The notes below the pieces were generated by a model. That model had not been told where the DNA came from, did not search any database, and saw only the letters and a list, made by a program, of their open reading frames with translations. From Bdellovibrionota bacterium (GTDB lineage Bacteria; Bdellovibrionota_G; JALEGL01; DATDPG01), in assembly GCA_963668355.1 (NCBI GenBank), contig OY764265.1:800001-864000 (forward strand): DNA of 64,000 bases. The letters are read 5' to 3'. Position numbers and translations under genes: made by a program. Positions within the stretch are counted from its first letter, which is position 1, and each line of letters begins with the position of its first letter. This document shows, piece by piece, positions 62,753 through 64,000 of this stretch.

Positions 62753-63783
62753 TGTCAGGTCCATTTTCTTTCGAAGTTATTGAGAGCCTTTCGAAAATAG
62801 AGGCCATCCAAACCCAATGGGATCAGTTGCTTCTTCAATCCACCTGCTATCGCCCCTTCCTCTCAGCGTCCTGGTTCATCCAGGCCTGCAAGATATTCGA
62901 CCATCCTCCAAAGGTGTTTCTGGCCAAGAATTCGAACGAAGACGTCGTCGGCATTTTGCCTTTGGCCCTTGCCGCTGAGAATTCGGAAGGCCAGAAAAGC
63001 TATTGTTTCCCTGAAATTCACTTGGCCGACGCAACGGACATCCTTGTTTCTAAGGGCCAGGAAAAAATATCTGCAGAGCTACTTCGCTTTGCCATCGAAG
63101 ATTCTCCAACTTCCTGCGTTCTTTTTTTTCGAGACATCGAGAAAAAATCGAATCTTCTTCGCGGAGCGATTCAATTGGGAAAATCGGATTTTGATTTTGA
63201 CTACGAAATCGACGTTCGATTGCCTGTGCCCTGGGTCGACTCCTCCGGTGGATGGGAGGCCTATCGAGATGCCAAAAGCACGAACTTTCGAAAAGATGTG
63301 AAACGTACATTTGCGAAGCTCGAACGCGCCGGATTCACTTTTTCAGGGACCACTACGCAACAAATTTCACCTCAAGACATCGTGGAGCAATACCTCACCC
63401 TTCATCTCAATAGCTTTTCAGGAAGCTCTCATTTCCAGGAACCTGAAGTTCAAAACTTCTGCCGAACCGTTTTTCCGTCGTTGATTGAAAACGGACACTT
63501 GCTCGTATGGACCTGCAAGAAAGAGGGAAAAATCGTCGGAATTTACCTGGATGCGGCGGGGCCCGAAAAGCGAAGAATGGCCTACCAACTTGGATACGAC
63601 CCCACGTTCAAAGACATGGGAATTGGAAAAGCGCTTTGCCTTTACGCAGTACAACAGGCTTGCTCTCAAAAAATCGACGTTTACAGCTTGGGGCGTACCA
63701 CAAACCTCATGAAAGAACGAATCCAAACAGATGTGGCCTCAGGTTTTACGTTCAAGGCCATGGGCAAGAAAGAAACCCTTTAG
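62752..63783 (+). CDS. GNAT acetyltransferase, CelD/BcsL (Acetyltransf_6)-like
   Basis: W..L, PF.S..W, VGILPL, Y..GYDP....G.G, G....KE. Confidence 0.8.
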   Translation: MSGPFSFEVIESLSKIEAIQTQWDQLLLQSTCYRPFLSASWFIQACKIFDHPPKVFLAKNSNEDVVGILPLALAAENSEGQKSYCFPEIHLADATDILVSKGQEKISAELLRFAIEDSPTSCVLFFRDIEKKSNLLRGAIQLGKSDFDFDYEIDVRLPVPWVDSSGGWEAYRDAKSTNFRKDVKRTFAKLERAGFTFSGTTTQQISPQDIVEQYLTLHLNSFSGSSHFQEPEVQNFCRTVFPSLIENGHLLVWTCKKEGKIVGIYLDAAGPEKRRMAYQLGYDPTFKDMGIGKALCLYAVQQACSQKIDVYSLGRTTNLMKERIQTDVASGFTFKAMGKKETL

Positions 63784-64000
63784 TTCTGGGTCGACCCCTC
63801 CCGGATCTCGATCATTTGATCAACTTTGACATTTTTTAAGACATCATGAACGCCGCTTGGCCATTTGATCTCCAATCGATCCACATGGTCTGCCGCCCCT
63901 AAGCCAAACAAAGGTCTTGGATCATTGGTTGCCATATAGCCGGATTCGGCACGCACTTCCAAATAGTGCTTTCGCTCTCCCACAAATGCATAGATTTTAG
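63780..64000 (-). CDS. ASPIC/UnbV-domain protein, C-terminal fragment (runs off the window)
   Basis: GY...ND.R..FGLG....VD.LEI.WPSG motif. Confidence 0.8.
   Translation of the reverse strand, partial: KIYAFVGERKHYLEVRAESGYMATNDPRPLFGLGAADHVDRLEIKWPSGVHDVLKNVKVDQMIEIREGSTQN

Overview
Bacterial chromosome window; the gene repertoire (PilZ/DUF4388/TPR proteins, STAS partner-switch module) suggests a Bdellovibrionota/Myxococcota-like deltaproteobacterium. Left half (1-33 kb): mostly housekeeping or lineage-typical genes (tRNA-Ser(TGA), mscS-like, serS, glpK, radA, a radical SAM fusion, IHF/HU, rho). A small accessory patch follows the tRNA (4-12.8 kb). It holds a duplicated tRNA 3' end, two inverted 63-bp palindromes around a catalytically dead trypsin-like gene, mobile mystery proteins A/B with a candidate operator, and a possible leukocidin-fold lipoprotein. 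Right half (33.2 kb to the window end): what looks like an undescribed RiPP/pearlin-like biosynthetic system. A c-di-GMP-I (GEMM) riboswitch sits directly in front of a 50-aa precursor-like peptide with an LELESKIAP leader motif and a Cys-rich tail. Around it are a PEARL/small-LanB homolog with several canonical motifs substituted, an amino acid:carrier-protein ligase, an RRE-acyltransferase-carrier protein fusion, a JmjC hydroxylase, TldD/E, RRE-HlyD, RRE-M50-HlyD, TolC, hydrolases, a GNAT and three single-domain PilZ genes. All family calls are manual motif recognition from memory; no searches were run.
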